From Candidatus Uhrbacteria bacterium (GTDB lineage Bacteria > Patescibacteriota > Patescibacteriia > UBA9934), in assembly GCA_018664485.1 (NCBI GenBank), contig JABJOE010000007.1, forward strand, positions 4,353 through 68,352: a stretch of 64,000 nt of DNA, written 5' to 3'. Below the pieces are notes generated by a model that was given only the letters and a program-made list of their open reading frames with translations, had not been told where the DNA came from and did no database searches. The translations under genes and the position numbers were made by a program. Positions 10,099 to 19,560 of the stretch are shown piece after piece. Positions within the stretch are counted from its first letter, which is position 1, and every line of letters begins with the position of its first letter.

Positions 10099-11628
10099 CT
10101 ATTCAATCAATTTCTCACGCTTTCCAAGAACAACTACAACGCCACCCATAACCCACAGATAAGATGCCAATGTTCTGACCTCCAAGAATGTTGCAAGGAA
10201 CGCGTTAAGCACAATAGCTATCATCGCCGCTGCAACCCCCAAGGCTAACGCCCTAGTCATCGGGTCCTTTGATTTTCTCCACACACGCACACAGGTCAAG
10301 AACAACGTGACATACATCCAAATATAAATACCCAGACCGAGAGTTCCGATCTCACCCCAAAGACTGAGCCAGTTATTGTCGATATATCCTTGCGTACCGT
10401 ACACGCCAAACGGAAGCCCGAGCATTTCATATACATGAGTATTCGAAAGGGCCGCTGCCGCTCCTCCACCGAACATTCCAGGCCCATGACCAAACACTGG
10501 GGACGCCGGAATTACAGATCCAATCGTTTCGATAACCCAATAAACACGTCCCAGTCCATAATATTCACTTCGCCAACGCTCATAAGAAAAGGCTTCAAAA
10601 AATCGCTCAGTCAAATTCTGGTCCGGTACTTCAAGTAATGTATCGACAACCAATCCAGATATAGCAAGATAAATCAAAAGACCACCAATGGCGATACCAA
10701 CCCCCCACCTCACACGTTGATCACGCTTTGCCCATATAGCAATAAACAATGCACCCAATACAAAGCCAAACCAAGATGAGCGAGAGTAAGTAAACGCTAG
10801 GGCAGGAAGTGCTATCAACAACCCCCAGCCAAGCCAAGAATAACGCTTACGGAGCTTCTTTTCATACAGCATCGAAAGACCGATAAGAAGCATGAACGCC
10901 ATAAAAGTACCGAGACGATCATAGCGACCCATAGTACCAAAAATTCGCTGACCATAATCCCAAAACTGAACCGTTCCAGATGTCAGCTGAATGTCTCCAA
11001 AAGAACGACTCTCTGTCGGCAAAAGAAAAGTATCTAATCTCTCACCAAATATCGCCTGCCCATATCCGAGGGCGATTTGTACAGCTAATATAAGGAAAAG
11101 TCCCATCAACACTTTCTTAACCCACTGGGTTGACGGAGCAAGGTGTACGGTTACAAAAAATAGCAAAATGAATCGTATGATCTGCCTTATTCCAAGCAAC
11201 ATGTCAGTAACTGGAATGAAATTGATCAGTGCTGACGCAAGCGCTACAACAATCAAAATAACAAACGAAATATCTATCGGTGTAGTTTCTCTTTTTATTT
11301 GTCCGGTAAACCGTTTCCAAACCGTCGACGCTACAAGTAGATAAATAATACCTTCTGATACATACCGAGCGTATACATACAAATCGTCTGGAACCCACTT
11401 TAGTATGAATGGTTCAAATGGAAGATAGAAAAGTAATAGCGCGAGTGCCCAGGTCGGTCGCAGAAAAGCCAGAACCAACACAAGAAGGCCGGCAAGTGCA
11501 CCGAGCACCAACGACGCTGACGAATAAATCATTATCAAAAGTACACCGATCGACACGGTGAACAAAGCGATACTTGCAATACCGGCATACTCATCACTTG
11601 AACGATAGATCTCTCTGATACCTTTCAT
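10099..11628 (-). CDS. O-antigen ligase / Wzy-type polysaccharide polymerase-like polytopic membrane protein
   Basis: The protein has about 11-12 predicted TM helices, a large periplasmic loop and a 509-aa length. It lies directly downstream of two GT4 genes. Confidence 0.55.
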   Translation of the reverse strand: MKGIREIYRSSDEYAGIASIALFTVSIGVLLIMIYSSASLVLGALAGLLVLVLAFLRPTWALALLLFYLPFEPFILKWVPDDLYVYARYVSEGIIYLLVASTVWKRFTGQIKRETTPIDISFVILIVVALASALINFIPVTDMLLGIRQIIRFILLFFVTVHLAPSTQWVKKVLMGLFLILAVQIALGYGQAIFGERLDTFLLPTESRSFGDIQLTSGTVQFWDYGQRIFGTMGRYDRLGTFMAFMLLIGLSMLYEKKLRKRYSWLGWGLLIALPALAFTYSRSSWFGFVLGALFIAIWAKRDQRVRWGVGIAIGGLLIYLAISGLVVDTLLEVPDQNLTERFFEAFSYERWRSEYYGLGRVYWVIETIGSVIPASPVFGHGPGMFGGGAAAALSNTHVYEMLGLPFGVYGTQGYIDNNWLSLWGEIGTLGLGIYIWMYVTLFLTCVRVWRKSKDPMTRALALGVAAAMIAIVLNAFLATFLEVRTLASYLWVMGGVVVVLGKREKLIE

Positions 11629-11775
11629 GAGAACAGTATATCAAAAAAGAATTGATTAGCACCGTACATTCATAATGAAAATCCTGTAGATGCACAAAGG
11701 CCGGCTCACTCTCCCCCGAAGGATTGAGATAAGCCGACCAAGATAGGTGTTTGAGTTCTGCTCTAGCCGATGCTA

Positions 11776-14283
11776 TTAGCTTCCCTCACCCACAGCGCAA
11801 TGAGTTGCCAGGCCCGCGGTACTGGAAGTCCAGTTACCCGTAGCGATGATGGCATACTCAGTGGTCGTCGATGCCGCCGTCCACGATGCGCAGATGAAGT
11901 TCTCGGTACCAGCTGCGATGGACTCGTTGGCCATGTAGTCGCCCAATACATCGTACTCGGTGGCAGTCCAGATCCGAAGACCTTGACCATCCACTCCGTC
12001 ATTGACGATCACGCAGCAGATTGCGTAGTGGTGTCCCGAGGTAACCGAGAAGCCTGAGCTTCCAAGAGCCTCGTTGTCGACACCTTGTCCGATTGCAGGA
12101 TACAGCAACTCGATCGAGTAAAAGTCACCAGCTCCCGGGTAGGAAGTGTAGGTGAATTCCACGACCGAGGAGGAGGTGGTTCCAGACGAACTAGCATACG
12201 GCTCCCAATTACTCAAGCCACCCTCAAAGGTGGAGTCACCCTCTTCGTCAGGGAAGAGATTGACCGCCGCCGAGTCGAAGGTGAAGGATCCTGCATCTGT
12301 CGACACCGTCTCCCCCGCCCTGTCCCAGACACCGTCGCAGTCCTGATCCCAGGCGCTGTACGGATTGGCAGCCTCGCCAGGATTGACGAAGTCGACCTCA
12401 TCGTTGCAATCGGTTCCAGAGGAATCGACGCACGTTTCATCGACGTATCCGTCACCATCTGCGTCGGTCAAGCCGTCAGTGGCACTCCCCGAGCAATCCA
12501 TGTCCCGCGTGTCGCCGCAGTCCTCCGTTGCCGATGAGTTGACCTCATCGTCATCGTCGTCGCAGTCGGTTCCGCCGTAGGAATCATGATCCTCTCCATC
12601 GAGGTCCTGATCGTAGTCGTTTGCGCCGTCACAGTCGCTGTCCACACCGTCGTACCACGTGTCAGTGGCCGAGGTGTTGACCGCGGAGTCAGTGTCGTCG
12701 CAGTCGGTACCGGAATACGCGTCCGAGTCCTCTCCATCACTGTCCGCATCGTAGTCTGACGCACCATCACAATCCTGATCCACACCGTCGTACCACGTCT
12801 CCGTGGCGCCAGGGTTGATCGAGGAATCCGTGTCATCGCAGTCATCACCGGACGAACCGGTACATACCTCATCGATGTAGGAGTCGCCGTCAACGTCGGT
12901 CGTGCCATCAAGGGCACTACCAGAACAGTCCAAGTCCCGCGTGTCGCCGCAGTCCTCCGTTGCCGATGAGTTGACCTCATCGTCAACGTCGTCGCAGTCG
13001 GTTCCGCCGTAGGAATCATGGTCCTCTCCATCGAGGTCCTGATCGTAGTCCGATGCACCGTCACAGTCACTGTCCACACCGTCGTACCACGTCTCGGTGG
13101 CGCCAGGGTAAACAGTAGAGTCAGCGTCGTCGCAGTCGGTACCGCCATCACAGCTGTCATGGACATACGAATCAGCGTCCACATCCGTGGCACCATCACT
13201 GGCACCGCCGGAACAATCGAGATCCCGCGAATCATCGCAGTCCTCGCTGGCACCCGGGTTGACCTCAACGTCGGTGTCGTCGCAGTCGCTGTCGTCGAGC
13301 CCGTAGCCTGACGGCTGCGAGCAAGAGTCCTGACTGGCCGCCGCGTCGCCATAGCCATCCTCGTCGGTGTCTGCGAAGTAGGTCGTCCCACTACTGACAT
13401 CCCAACTCGAATCAAGTGAGTCGACGTAGCCATCACAGTCATCATCGACCGTGTTGCAGACTTCAGTCGCGCCGGGGTGAACCTCGGCGTTCCCGTCGTC
13501 GCAGTCGGTTCCGTACGGAGAGTAGCCACCCTCGACACCATCACACGATGCGATCTCCTCACCATCGAAGTCTGCGTCACCGTAGAGGTCACCATCCCCA
13601 TCGGGGTACTGGATAAGCACGATGTCGTCGACATCCTCTGCGTCGGTCAGACCGTCACAGTCGTTGTCGAGTTCATCACACACCTCAATGGCATAGAGGT
13701 TGACGCTAGGCTCGGTGTCGTCGCAGTCATCTGCATTGTCGACATAGCCGATCTCGAGCGTACACGACTCATACGGAGCGTCGGGATCACCGTAGCGATC
13801 ACCATCCACATCCGGATAGGAGGTCGTGGTCACACCTTCGTCGACCTCGCCGTCGCAGTTATTGTCCTGCTCGTCACACACCTCGATGGCGCCCGGATTG
13901 ATGTCACCGTCGTCGTCGTTGCAGTCACCGCTCTGTGCACTGAAACCCTCGGGGGTCTCGCAAGCCAGTTGCGTTGACGTATCGTCGCCGAAGCCGTCAG
14001 CATCGCTATCTTCGAAGAAGTTCGTCTGAACGTCCTCATCGGTGGCGCCGTCACAGTCGTTGTCTTTCCCGTCGCACACCTCGGTGGCATCAGGATTGAC
14101 AGCGGCGTTGCTGTCGTCGCAGTCGTCGTCGGCGTTGAAGCCATCGCCGTCGTCGTCAGCACCACTCGGCGTGTCAGTGTCCGCGATCTGGGCTCTGAAA
14201 GCCGGAAGACCATCAGCGCCATCCAGAGCGCATGCGCTCAGGAGCGCAACGAGCACCATCTGCAGGATTGATCGAAGTCTCAT
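11776..14283 (-). CDS. secreted Asp/Cys-rich repeat protein (MopE-like 'putative metal-binding' / myxococcus cysteine-rich repeats: D-x-D-G-x-x-D-C-D-D ... P-G-A-x-E-x-C-D-G-x-D-N-D-C-D-G), encoded on a high-GC island
   Basis: The likely start is the Met of MRLRSILQMVLVALLSACALDG at 14283, which has a GGAG 5 nt upstream. The longer ORF back to 14385 is probably an upstream extension. At least 12 repeats of 'DCDDxDxxVNPGATExCDGxDNDCDG' are present. GC content is about 60% against about 44% in flanking genes, and GAC/TGC/GGC codon choice is used throughout. Confidence 0.7.
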   Translation of the reverse strand: MRLRSILQMVLVALLSACALDGADGLPAFRAQIADTDTPSGADDDGDGFNADDDCDDSNAAVNPDATEVCDGKDNDCDGATDEDVQTNFFEDSDADGFGDDTSTQLACETPEGFSAQSGDCNDDDGDINPGAIEVCDEQDNNCDGEVDEGVTTTSYPDVDGDRYGDPDAPYESCTLEIGYVDNADDCDDTEPSVNLYAIEVCDELDNDCDGLTDAEDVDDIVLIQYPDGDGDLYGDADFDGEEIASCDGVEGGYSPYGTDCDDGNAEVHPGATEVCNTVDDDCDGYVDSLDSSWDVSSGTTYFADTDEDGYGDAAASQDSCSQPSGYGLDDSDCDDTDVEVNPGASEDCDDSRDLDCSGGASDGATDVDADSYVHDSCDGGTDCDDADSTVYPGATETWYDGVDSDCDGASDYDQDLDGEDHDSYGGTDCDDVDDEVNSSATEDCGDTRDLDCSGSALDGTTDVDGDSYIDEVCTGSSGDDCDDTDSSINPGATETWYDGVDQDCDGASDYDADSDGEDSDAYSGTDCDDTDSAVNTSATDTWYDGVDSDCDGANDYDQDLDGEDHDSYGGTDCDDDDDEVNSSATEDCGDTRDMDCSGSATDGLTDADGDGYVDETCVDSSGTDCNDEVDFVNPGEAANPYSAWDQDCDGVWDRAGETVSTDAGSFTFDSAAVNLFPDEEGDSTFEGGLSNWEPYASSSGTTSSSVVEFTYTSYPGAGDFYSIELLYPAIGQGVDNEALGSSGFSVTSGHHYAICCVIVNDGVDGQGLRIWTATEYDVLGDYMANESIAAGTENFICASWTAASTTTEYAIIATGNWTSSTAGLATHCAVGEGS

Positions 14284-14493
14284 GTCATCTCCTCGGAAGG
14301 GGAAAATGGGTTGGTTGCCTGGAAGTCTTTTTAGGAGCAAATCGCCCCTTAGCGCCTCCTCCCTATTTAGGGAGCAGAACGCCACAATGTACAGTGTACG
14401 CGCCTAATTGTAAAGAGCAAGTAAACAACTGCCCTCAATCCCCCGCCAGGCGTTTGACAGTATTTTCAGCAAATGATAGACTCTCGTCGTTCT

Positions 14494-14790
14494 ATGAAAG
14501 CTGACATTCACCCAACTTACCACGCAAAAGCAGCAATTTCTTGCGCTTGTGGAGCAAAATACGATACTGGATCTACCATGGAGGCGATCTCAGTTGAGTT
14601 GTGTTCTGCTTGTCATCCTTTCTATACTGGAAAGCAAAAAATCGTTGATACGGCTCGTCGAGTTGAAAAATTCGTTAAACGAACCGAAAAGAAGGACAAT
14701 ACAGCACTTGATCATAAGGCAAAGGCAGAAAAGAAAGCTGCTCGTGCTAAAAAGCGTGCTGACAAAAAAGCAAAGGCTGATCAGGAATAG
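14494..14790 (+). CDS. rpmE: 50S ribosomal protein L31 with Lys/Ala-rich C-terminal extension
   Basis: [10 protein letters not shown]...[13 protein letters not shown] is the canonical L31 sequence. The tail is [19 protein letters not shown]. The ORF track start at 14473 is probably upstream of the true Met. Confidence 0.85.
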   Translation: MKADIHPTYHAKAAISCACGAKYDTGSTMEAISVELCSACHPFYTGKQKIVDTARRVEKFVKRTEKKDNTALDHKAKAEKKAARAKKRADKKAKADQE

Positions 14791-14934
14791 TGATTTTACT
14801 TTCAAAAGGCGTCCGCTAAATGCGGGCGTTTTGCGTTAAAGAAATACTCACTCCCCCGCCATTATCTAATTGAACGCACAAAGATCGCTCACAACTCGGC
14901 AAAACACTATTTTCAAGGTAAGATCTTAATAGCT

Positions 14935-16008
14935 ATGGACATCAAATCACTTCTCACAAAAAAAAGAGAACAAGTTAAAAATCTTGAATCCGATCTAATG
15001 GATCCGGCCGTTATTAGTGATCGAAAAAAACTAGAAGAAACTAACCGGTCTTACCACCGAGAAAAAAAGCTACTTGATCTTCTTGATGAGTACGAGCAAA
15101 AGCAGAAACATCTTGAAGTAGCACGAGAAACCCTTAAAGAAGATGACAAAGAAATGCGTGCACTTGCGCAAGAGGAAATTACAGAATTTGAAACAGCTCT
15201 TCCAGGCCTCGAAAAACAAATTCAGCTAGCCCTTGTTCCACGCGATCCGGTTGATGAGAATGATGCCATCGTAGAGATTCGTGCAGGCGCAGGTGGGGAC
15301 GAAGCGTCTTTGTTTGCAGGTGATCTGTACAAGATGTACAACCTCTACTCTGAAATGCATGGACGAAAGATTCAACTAATATCAAAAAGCCAAAACGACT
15401 TGGGCGGGTTTAAAGAAGTTGTTTTTGAAATTCAAGGAGACGGTGCGTACGGTGAAATGAAGTATGAATCTGGAGTGCATCGTGTTCAGCGCGTTCCAGA
15501 AACAGAAAAACAAGGTCGTATCCATACGTCTACCGCAACAGTTGCTGTTCTTCCAAAAATTGAAGAGGAAGAGTTCCATCTTGACCCCAAAGACTTGGAT
15601 ATTGAAGCTACAACCTCAACTGGTGCTGGAGGACAGTCAGTAAACACAACATATTCGGCTATTCGAATCATCCACAAACCTACAGGTATCCTCGTGTACT
15701 GTCAGGAAGAACGTTCACAACGACAAAATAAAGACCGAGCACTCGATATTATGCGTGCCCGCGTGTATGCCAAAGAACAAGAGGAAAAACAGGCAGAACT
15801 TGACGCTAATCGTCGAGACCAAATTGGTTCTGGAGATCGATCAGAGAAAATTAGAACATACAACTTCCCGCAAGATCGTGTAACAGACCATCGTATTAAA
15901 GAGTCATGGCACAACCTGCCGGGTATTCTAACTGGAGAGATTGAAGAAATTCTAACAGCGCTACAACTAGCAGACACACAAAAACGAAACGAAGAAGCAA
16001 TCAAATGA
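14935..16008 (+). CDS. prfA: peptide chain release factor 1
   Basis: The GGQ motif ([17 protein letters not shown]) and the RF1-type P-x-T tripeptide region ([14 protein letters not shown]) are both present. Confidence 0.9.
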   Translation: MDIKSLLTKKREQVKNLESDLMDPAVISDRKKLEETNRSYHREKKLLDLLDEYEQKQKHLEVARETLKEDDKEMRALAQEEITEFETALPGLEKQIQLALVPRDPVDENDAIVEIRAGAGGDEASLFAGDLYKMYNLYSEMHGRKIQLISKSQNDLGGFKEVVFEIQGDGAYGEMKYESGVHRVQRVPETEKQGRIHTSTATVAVLPKIEEEEFHLDPKDLDIEATTSTGAGGQSVNTTYSAIRIIHKPTGILVYCQEERSQRQNKDRALDIMRARVYAKEQEEKQAELDANRRDQIGSGDRSEKIRTYNFPQDRVTDHRIKESWHNLPGILTGEIEEILTALQLADTQKRNEEAIK

Positions 16009-16886
16009 CAATACTCGAAGCCCTCAACTGGGGACAAGAACAATTGAAACAGACAGCACACGAAAAGCGAGAATCCTGTGAACCTATGGGAGACTCCCAG
16101 CTGCTACTTGCGGCATGTCTTTCAAAACCGACAGCTTTTTTATTTTCTCATTTTGAAGACCCCCTTTCACAAACCATTATTGAAAAATACCAACGTTTCA
16201 TTGCACGACGAAAACGGCACGAGCCTATCGCTTACATTTTACAGACCGCACATTTCTACGGGCGCCCATTCCACGTAAATCCTTTTGTTTTAATACCTCG
16301 TCCTGAAACAGAATCTATAATCGATTTAGCAAAAGAAATCCTTCAAGACACATCTACCATAATTGACGTAGGTACCGGGTCAGGAGCAATTGCTGTCACA
16401 CTTGCAGCGGAGTTTAATCAGCCAGTTATTGCAATCGACATAGATCCGCAAGCACTTAGCGTTGCCAAGAGAAATGCTGATCGAGCCAATGTCGGCCACC
16501 TTCTATCTTTCATGCACGGTGACCTTCTTGAACCGCTTGCAATGTCTGGTATACGCGAAACAAATCAGCCCCACACTCTAATCACTGCAAACCTCCCCTA
16601 TCTCACTCAAACTCAGTTTAAGCTTACAGACCCAGATGTACAGACATACGAGCCTAAGCACGCTCTTGTTGGGGGACTAGATGGCCTTGAGCACTATGAT
16701 CGGCTATTTGCACAGCTGGCTATGATGCGTGATCGGCTCACGAAAACCGTAGACATCATTATCGAAATTGATCCATCACAAAGCAATCCGTTGGCACAGA
16801 TCATTCGATCTCACTTCCCTGAGGCGAATGCTGAGATCATCGTTGACCTTACAAAAAAAGATCGCTTTGTACACGTTTCAATATAA
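16005..16886 (+). CDS. prmC: release-factor glutamine N5-methyltransferase (PrmC/HemK)
   Basis: The SAM-binding motif [11 protein letters not shown] is present. Motif IV reads NLPY where NPPY would be canonical. The gene overlaps prfA by 4 nt (ATGA), consistent with translational coupling. Confidence 0.85.
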   Translation: MTILEALNWGQEQLKQTAHEKRESCEPMGDSQLLLAACLSKPTAFLFSHFEDPLSQTIIEKYQRFIARRKRHEPIAYILQTAHFYGRPFHVNPFVLIPRPETESIIDLAKEILQDTSTIIDVGTGSGAIAVTLAAEFNQPVIAIDIDPQALSVAKRNADRANVGHLLSFMHGDLLEPLAMSGIRETNQPHTLITANLPYLTQTQFKLTDPDVQTYEPKHALVGGLDGLEHYDRLFAQLAMMRDRLTKTVDIIIEIDPSQSNPLAQIIRSHFPEANAEIIVDLTKKDRFVHVSI

Positions 16887-16892
16887 ATAGCT

Positions 16893-16927
16893 CCTACAAA
16901 TTGACATTGTAGGGCTCTTTTTTTATC
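16893..16927 (+). terminator. rho-independent terminator after prmC
   Basis: The hairpin cctacaa-attgaca-ttgtagg is followed by TTTTTTT. Confidence 0.5.
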
Positions 16928-17116
16928 CTTAAACTACACCATCTCTTTTGGTGCAATTCCACCCTGGAACGCCATGCCCACCCTGTGCATCTTCTTCACC
17001 GTCCTCGCCCTGATCGTCTGGTAGGTCAACGCCGACCACAACTCGTCCCGCAGCGCCCCTCGTGGTGTTGCGGTTCGTTTTTTTATTCAAAAAAGACGGC
17101 CGAAGCCGCCTCTTTC

Positions 17117-18202
17117 TTACTTATATTCAACCTGTGACAGATCATCCACTATCTCTATCCATGTCACTCCAGGATGCATTTCAACCTCCCCGCCATTTAG
17201 ATAGAACGTAATGCGGCCGCCGTCCTCCATCCTCCACTCAACTAAATCAACGTTACCCATGCGGAATAGCAAAGCGTTACCGCGACTAAATGTATCAATA
17301 GATTTTCGGCCAATATTATCAATCGTTCTTATATCCATTGCGAGCACCGCTACTGTGTCTGACCAGATATTTGCCCCATCCTCCATCCGTGTTGGAGATC
17401 CGTATGTGTAACGAAGATATGATTCTTCATCAATATCATATTCCCAGTCAACGTCATATACAACGCCATCTGCAAAATCGATCTCAACCAGTAACACAGG
17501 TTCTTCCGCAGGCTCAACCTCACCATAGATCCACTGGTCATAATCAAGTGGCTGTAGATCCAGTCGATCGCTCGCTTCGATCAAAAGCTCAATAGTTGTA
17601 AACACATTGTGAGGTGCGAAGCGAGTTCCGTTTTCACGCCAGAAATAATCTCCAAACCAGAACTGGTTAATGTCTAATGTATCTCCATCCAGAATCTGCT
17701 CCAGCGCGTCAGGAGAGCCTCCAACATGCCCATAGAGAGCCTGCAAGCTATCTGCCCAATCAACATAGTAAGGGCGTGCTGAACGAACAGGTCCAATCTT
17801 ATCTACTTCATCCTCATCCGAAAACAGTACCAGGAAACGAGGAATGCCAGCCTCAACCGGAGCCTCTATAACCATGAAAGCCTGATCCAAACCAGACAAT
17901 GGCCAAGCGTCAGCAGAGTTCTCTACCATCACTCCAATCACTTGTGGAAGTGATTCGTAAGCCTCTTGTATCACCTCACCCGTTAACGGATGACGAATAG
18001 GCTCATCAACTAATATCTCCTCCACAATTTCGGCAACTGGTCCTGGAAGCGAAGACAAGAATGTCCATCCAGCAATAGCGCCTACCACTACAAGAACAAC
18101 GAGCGCTATCCACATCTCATCGATGCGAACGCTAGACAACAAAGAAGCGAGCCCCTTGCGAGACTCGATCTTCTTTTCGTTGTTCGGTTTTTTATTTTGC
18201 AT
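17117..18202 (-). CDS. membrane-anchored secreted protein of unknown function (possibly DUF3048-like)
   Basis: The preferred start is the Met of MQNKKPNNEKK (18202) rather than the 440-aa track ORF, which would overlap rplY by about 250 nt. An N-terminal TM helix (IALVVLVVVGAIAGWTFL) is present. The weak PLSGL..EAPVEAGIPRF motifs recall DUF3048. Confidence 0.4.
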   Translation of the reverse strand: MQNKKPNNEKKIESRKGLASLLSSVRIDEMWIALVVLVVVGAIAGWTFLSSLPGPVAEIVEEILVDEPIRHPLTGEVIQEAYESLPQVIGVMVENSADAWPLSGLDQAFMVIEAPVEAGIPRFLVLFSDEDEVDKIGPVRSARPYYVDWADSLQALYGHVGGSPDALEQILDGDTLDINQFWFGDYFWRENGTRFAPHNVFTTIELLIEASDRLDLQPLDYDQWIYGEVEPAEEPVLLVEIDFADGVVYDVDWEYDIDEESYLRYTYGSPTRMEDGANIWSDTVAVLAMDIRTIDNIGRKSIDTFSRGNALLFRMGNVDLVEWRMEDGGRITFYLNGGEVEMHPGVTWIEIVDDLSQVEYK

Positions 18203-18857
18203 TTGATTCCCCCTCCTTCTTGTCGTCACCTTCGGCTCCAGCAGCTTCGTTACCGTCAGCACCATCTTCAATTGGAGCATCAAGTTCGTCGATAGCTTCA
18301 GCCTGTCGTGGCATCTGAACGATTGCGATTGTTTGCTTTGGATCTGTTGTAATTTCCATTCCTTCCGGAACAACGATGTCAGACACATGTAGAGCATCTT
18401 CAAATGTTGCAAGTGGAGCAATGTCGAGAACGAATTCACGAACCAATGCGCTCGGCAACGCTTCTACGTCCACCTCGTCAATTGCTTGCACAAGTGTTCC
18501 ACTCATATCCTTTACGGCAAGTGATACACCCTCCAATCGAACGCTCACAGATGTCTGCACCTTCTCGTTCATGTTGATACGACGGAAGTCAGCATGTGTG
18601 ATGTACTCAGTAAGTGGATCTCGTTGTAACTCCTGGATCAACACGTTATGAGCGGTACCGTCAACATCTACAGACACCACAGTACTCACTCCAGCCTTTG
18701 CGTATAGTCGCTCAAGGTCGGATCGATCAAGAGAAAGATTTGTTGGCTCGATTTCAAACCCATACATAACAGCAGGAACTTCCCCTTCTAAACGTAGTGA
18801 GTTTGTCTTGCGGCCCATGATTTCTCGGGCCTTAGCAGCTATCGTATTATCAGACAT
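18192..18857 (-). CDS. rplY: 50S ribosomal protein L25 / general stress protein Ctc
   Basis: MSDNTIAAKAREIMGRK...LRLEGEVPAVMYG is typical of L25/Ctc, and an acidic C-terminal tail is present. The start was chosen at the internal Met. Confidence 0.8.
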   Translation of the reverse strand: MSDNTIAAKAREIMGRKTNSLRLEGEVPAVMYGFEIEPTNLSLDRSDLERLYAKAGVSTVVSVDVDGTAHNVLIQELQRDPLTEYITHADFRRINMNEKVQTSVSVRLEGVSLAVKDMSGTLVQAIDEVDVEALPSALVREFVLDIAPLATFEDALHVSDIVVPEGMEITTDPKQTIAIVQMPRQAEAIDELDAPIEDGADGNEAAGAEGDDKKEGESNAK

Positions 18858-18955
18858 ATGAAATTTTTGCCCTTTCGGGTCTTTTCTTTGGAATAACGGC
18901 ACTATTGAACCGCATTTAGCCTATCCTGTCAACCTTTATAGAAATAGACAATCTT

Positions 18956-19330
18956 CTACTTTGAGAACAATTCCTGACTCCATGCAATGTCTAGCGCCTC
19001 ATGAGCCTCCATAACGTCGCCAATACTTACGATTTCCTTCCCATGGAAGAGTTTAGCGTCCTCAAATGAGCAGTCTGTCATCAGCCCAGAGCACATAACC
19101 CCCTCTTTTTGACGTAATACAGAAAAGAGCATTGAATGCTTACATTTATCGCAAGTGAGGTGAAATAGAGTCTGCTCCTTAGCCTTCCTCAAAATACGTA
19201 CATTTTGATAAATATACGCAGTTTTACAGGTCGGGCAAGCGCCTACAATACCCATTGGGTCATTTTCGTGTGAGTGCATGTCGTGAGAATTTAAATATGT
19301 TTTTTGATTGATGTAGATATGCGTTGACAA
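18956..19330 (-). CDS. hypothetical Cys-rich (CxxC...CxxC) zinc-ribbon-like protein
   Basis: The sequence contains CPTCK ... CDKCKH. There is no confident family match. The true start may be the Met of MHSHEND (about 19282). Confidence 0.35.
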   Translation of the reverse strand: MSTHIYINQKTYLNSHDMHSHENDPMGIVGACPTCKTAYIYQNVRILRKAKEQTLFHLTCDKCKHSMLFSVLRQKEGVMCSGLMTDCSFEDAKLFHGKEIVSIGDVMEAHEALDIAWSQELFSK

Positions 19331-19340
19331 AGCATGTCAG

Positions 19341-19378
19341 GCCCCGCAACATTGAAGTGTCCAAAGATATCCGCAGAC
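19341..19378. repeat. copy 1 of a ~38-bp direct repeat (GCCCCGCAACAYYGAAGTG(G)TCCAAAGATATCCG)
   Basis: It is near-identical to 19521-19558 (about 34 of 38 positions). It lies in the 230-bp gap between the SEDS gene stop and the zinc-ribbon gene start. Confidence 0.6.
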
Positions 19379-19520
19379 TATTACAAGCTGCCATGTTCTC
19401 GACTCATTCGGAAGAATGTTTAGGCGAGACTAGCGAAGGACGGATATATTTGAGATCAATTCTAGGAGCGGGGAAAACGGTGAGGAGCCGTACTAATACG
19501 TACGGTAACGAACCGTAGGG

Positions 19521-19558
19521 GCCCCGCAACACCGAAGTGGTCCAAAGATATCCGTCCC
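19521..19558. repeat. copy 2 of the ~38-bp direct repeat
   Basis: See copy 1. The repeats flank about 140 bp of non-coding sequence. Confidence 0.6.
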
Positions 19559-19560
19559 TA

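Noticed and set aside
12085-14029. Several long ORFs on both strands inside the high-GC gene, e.g. 12468..13634 (388 aa, Thr/Arg-rich) and 13477..13977 (166 aa)
   Set aside because: These are low-complexity translations in alternative frames of the Asp/Cys-repeat gene. High GC suppresses stop codons, so they have no independent support.
16955-17085. GC-rich ~120-bp patch with a 16-aa hydrophobic mini-ORF (MPTLCIFFTVLALIVW) between prmC and the downstream convergent gene
   Set aside because: It is too short and lacks an RBS. It may be a remnant of foreign DNA or part of a terminator region. It is noted only as a compositional oddity.
17117-18439. Full 440-aa ORF extent for the gene at 17117
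   Set aside because: The N-terminal 79 codons would overlap rplY by about 250 nt and look non-native. An internal Met at 18202 followed by a TM helix is the more plausible start.
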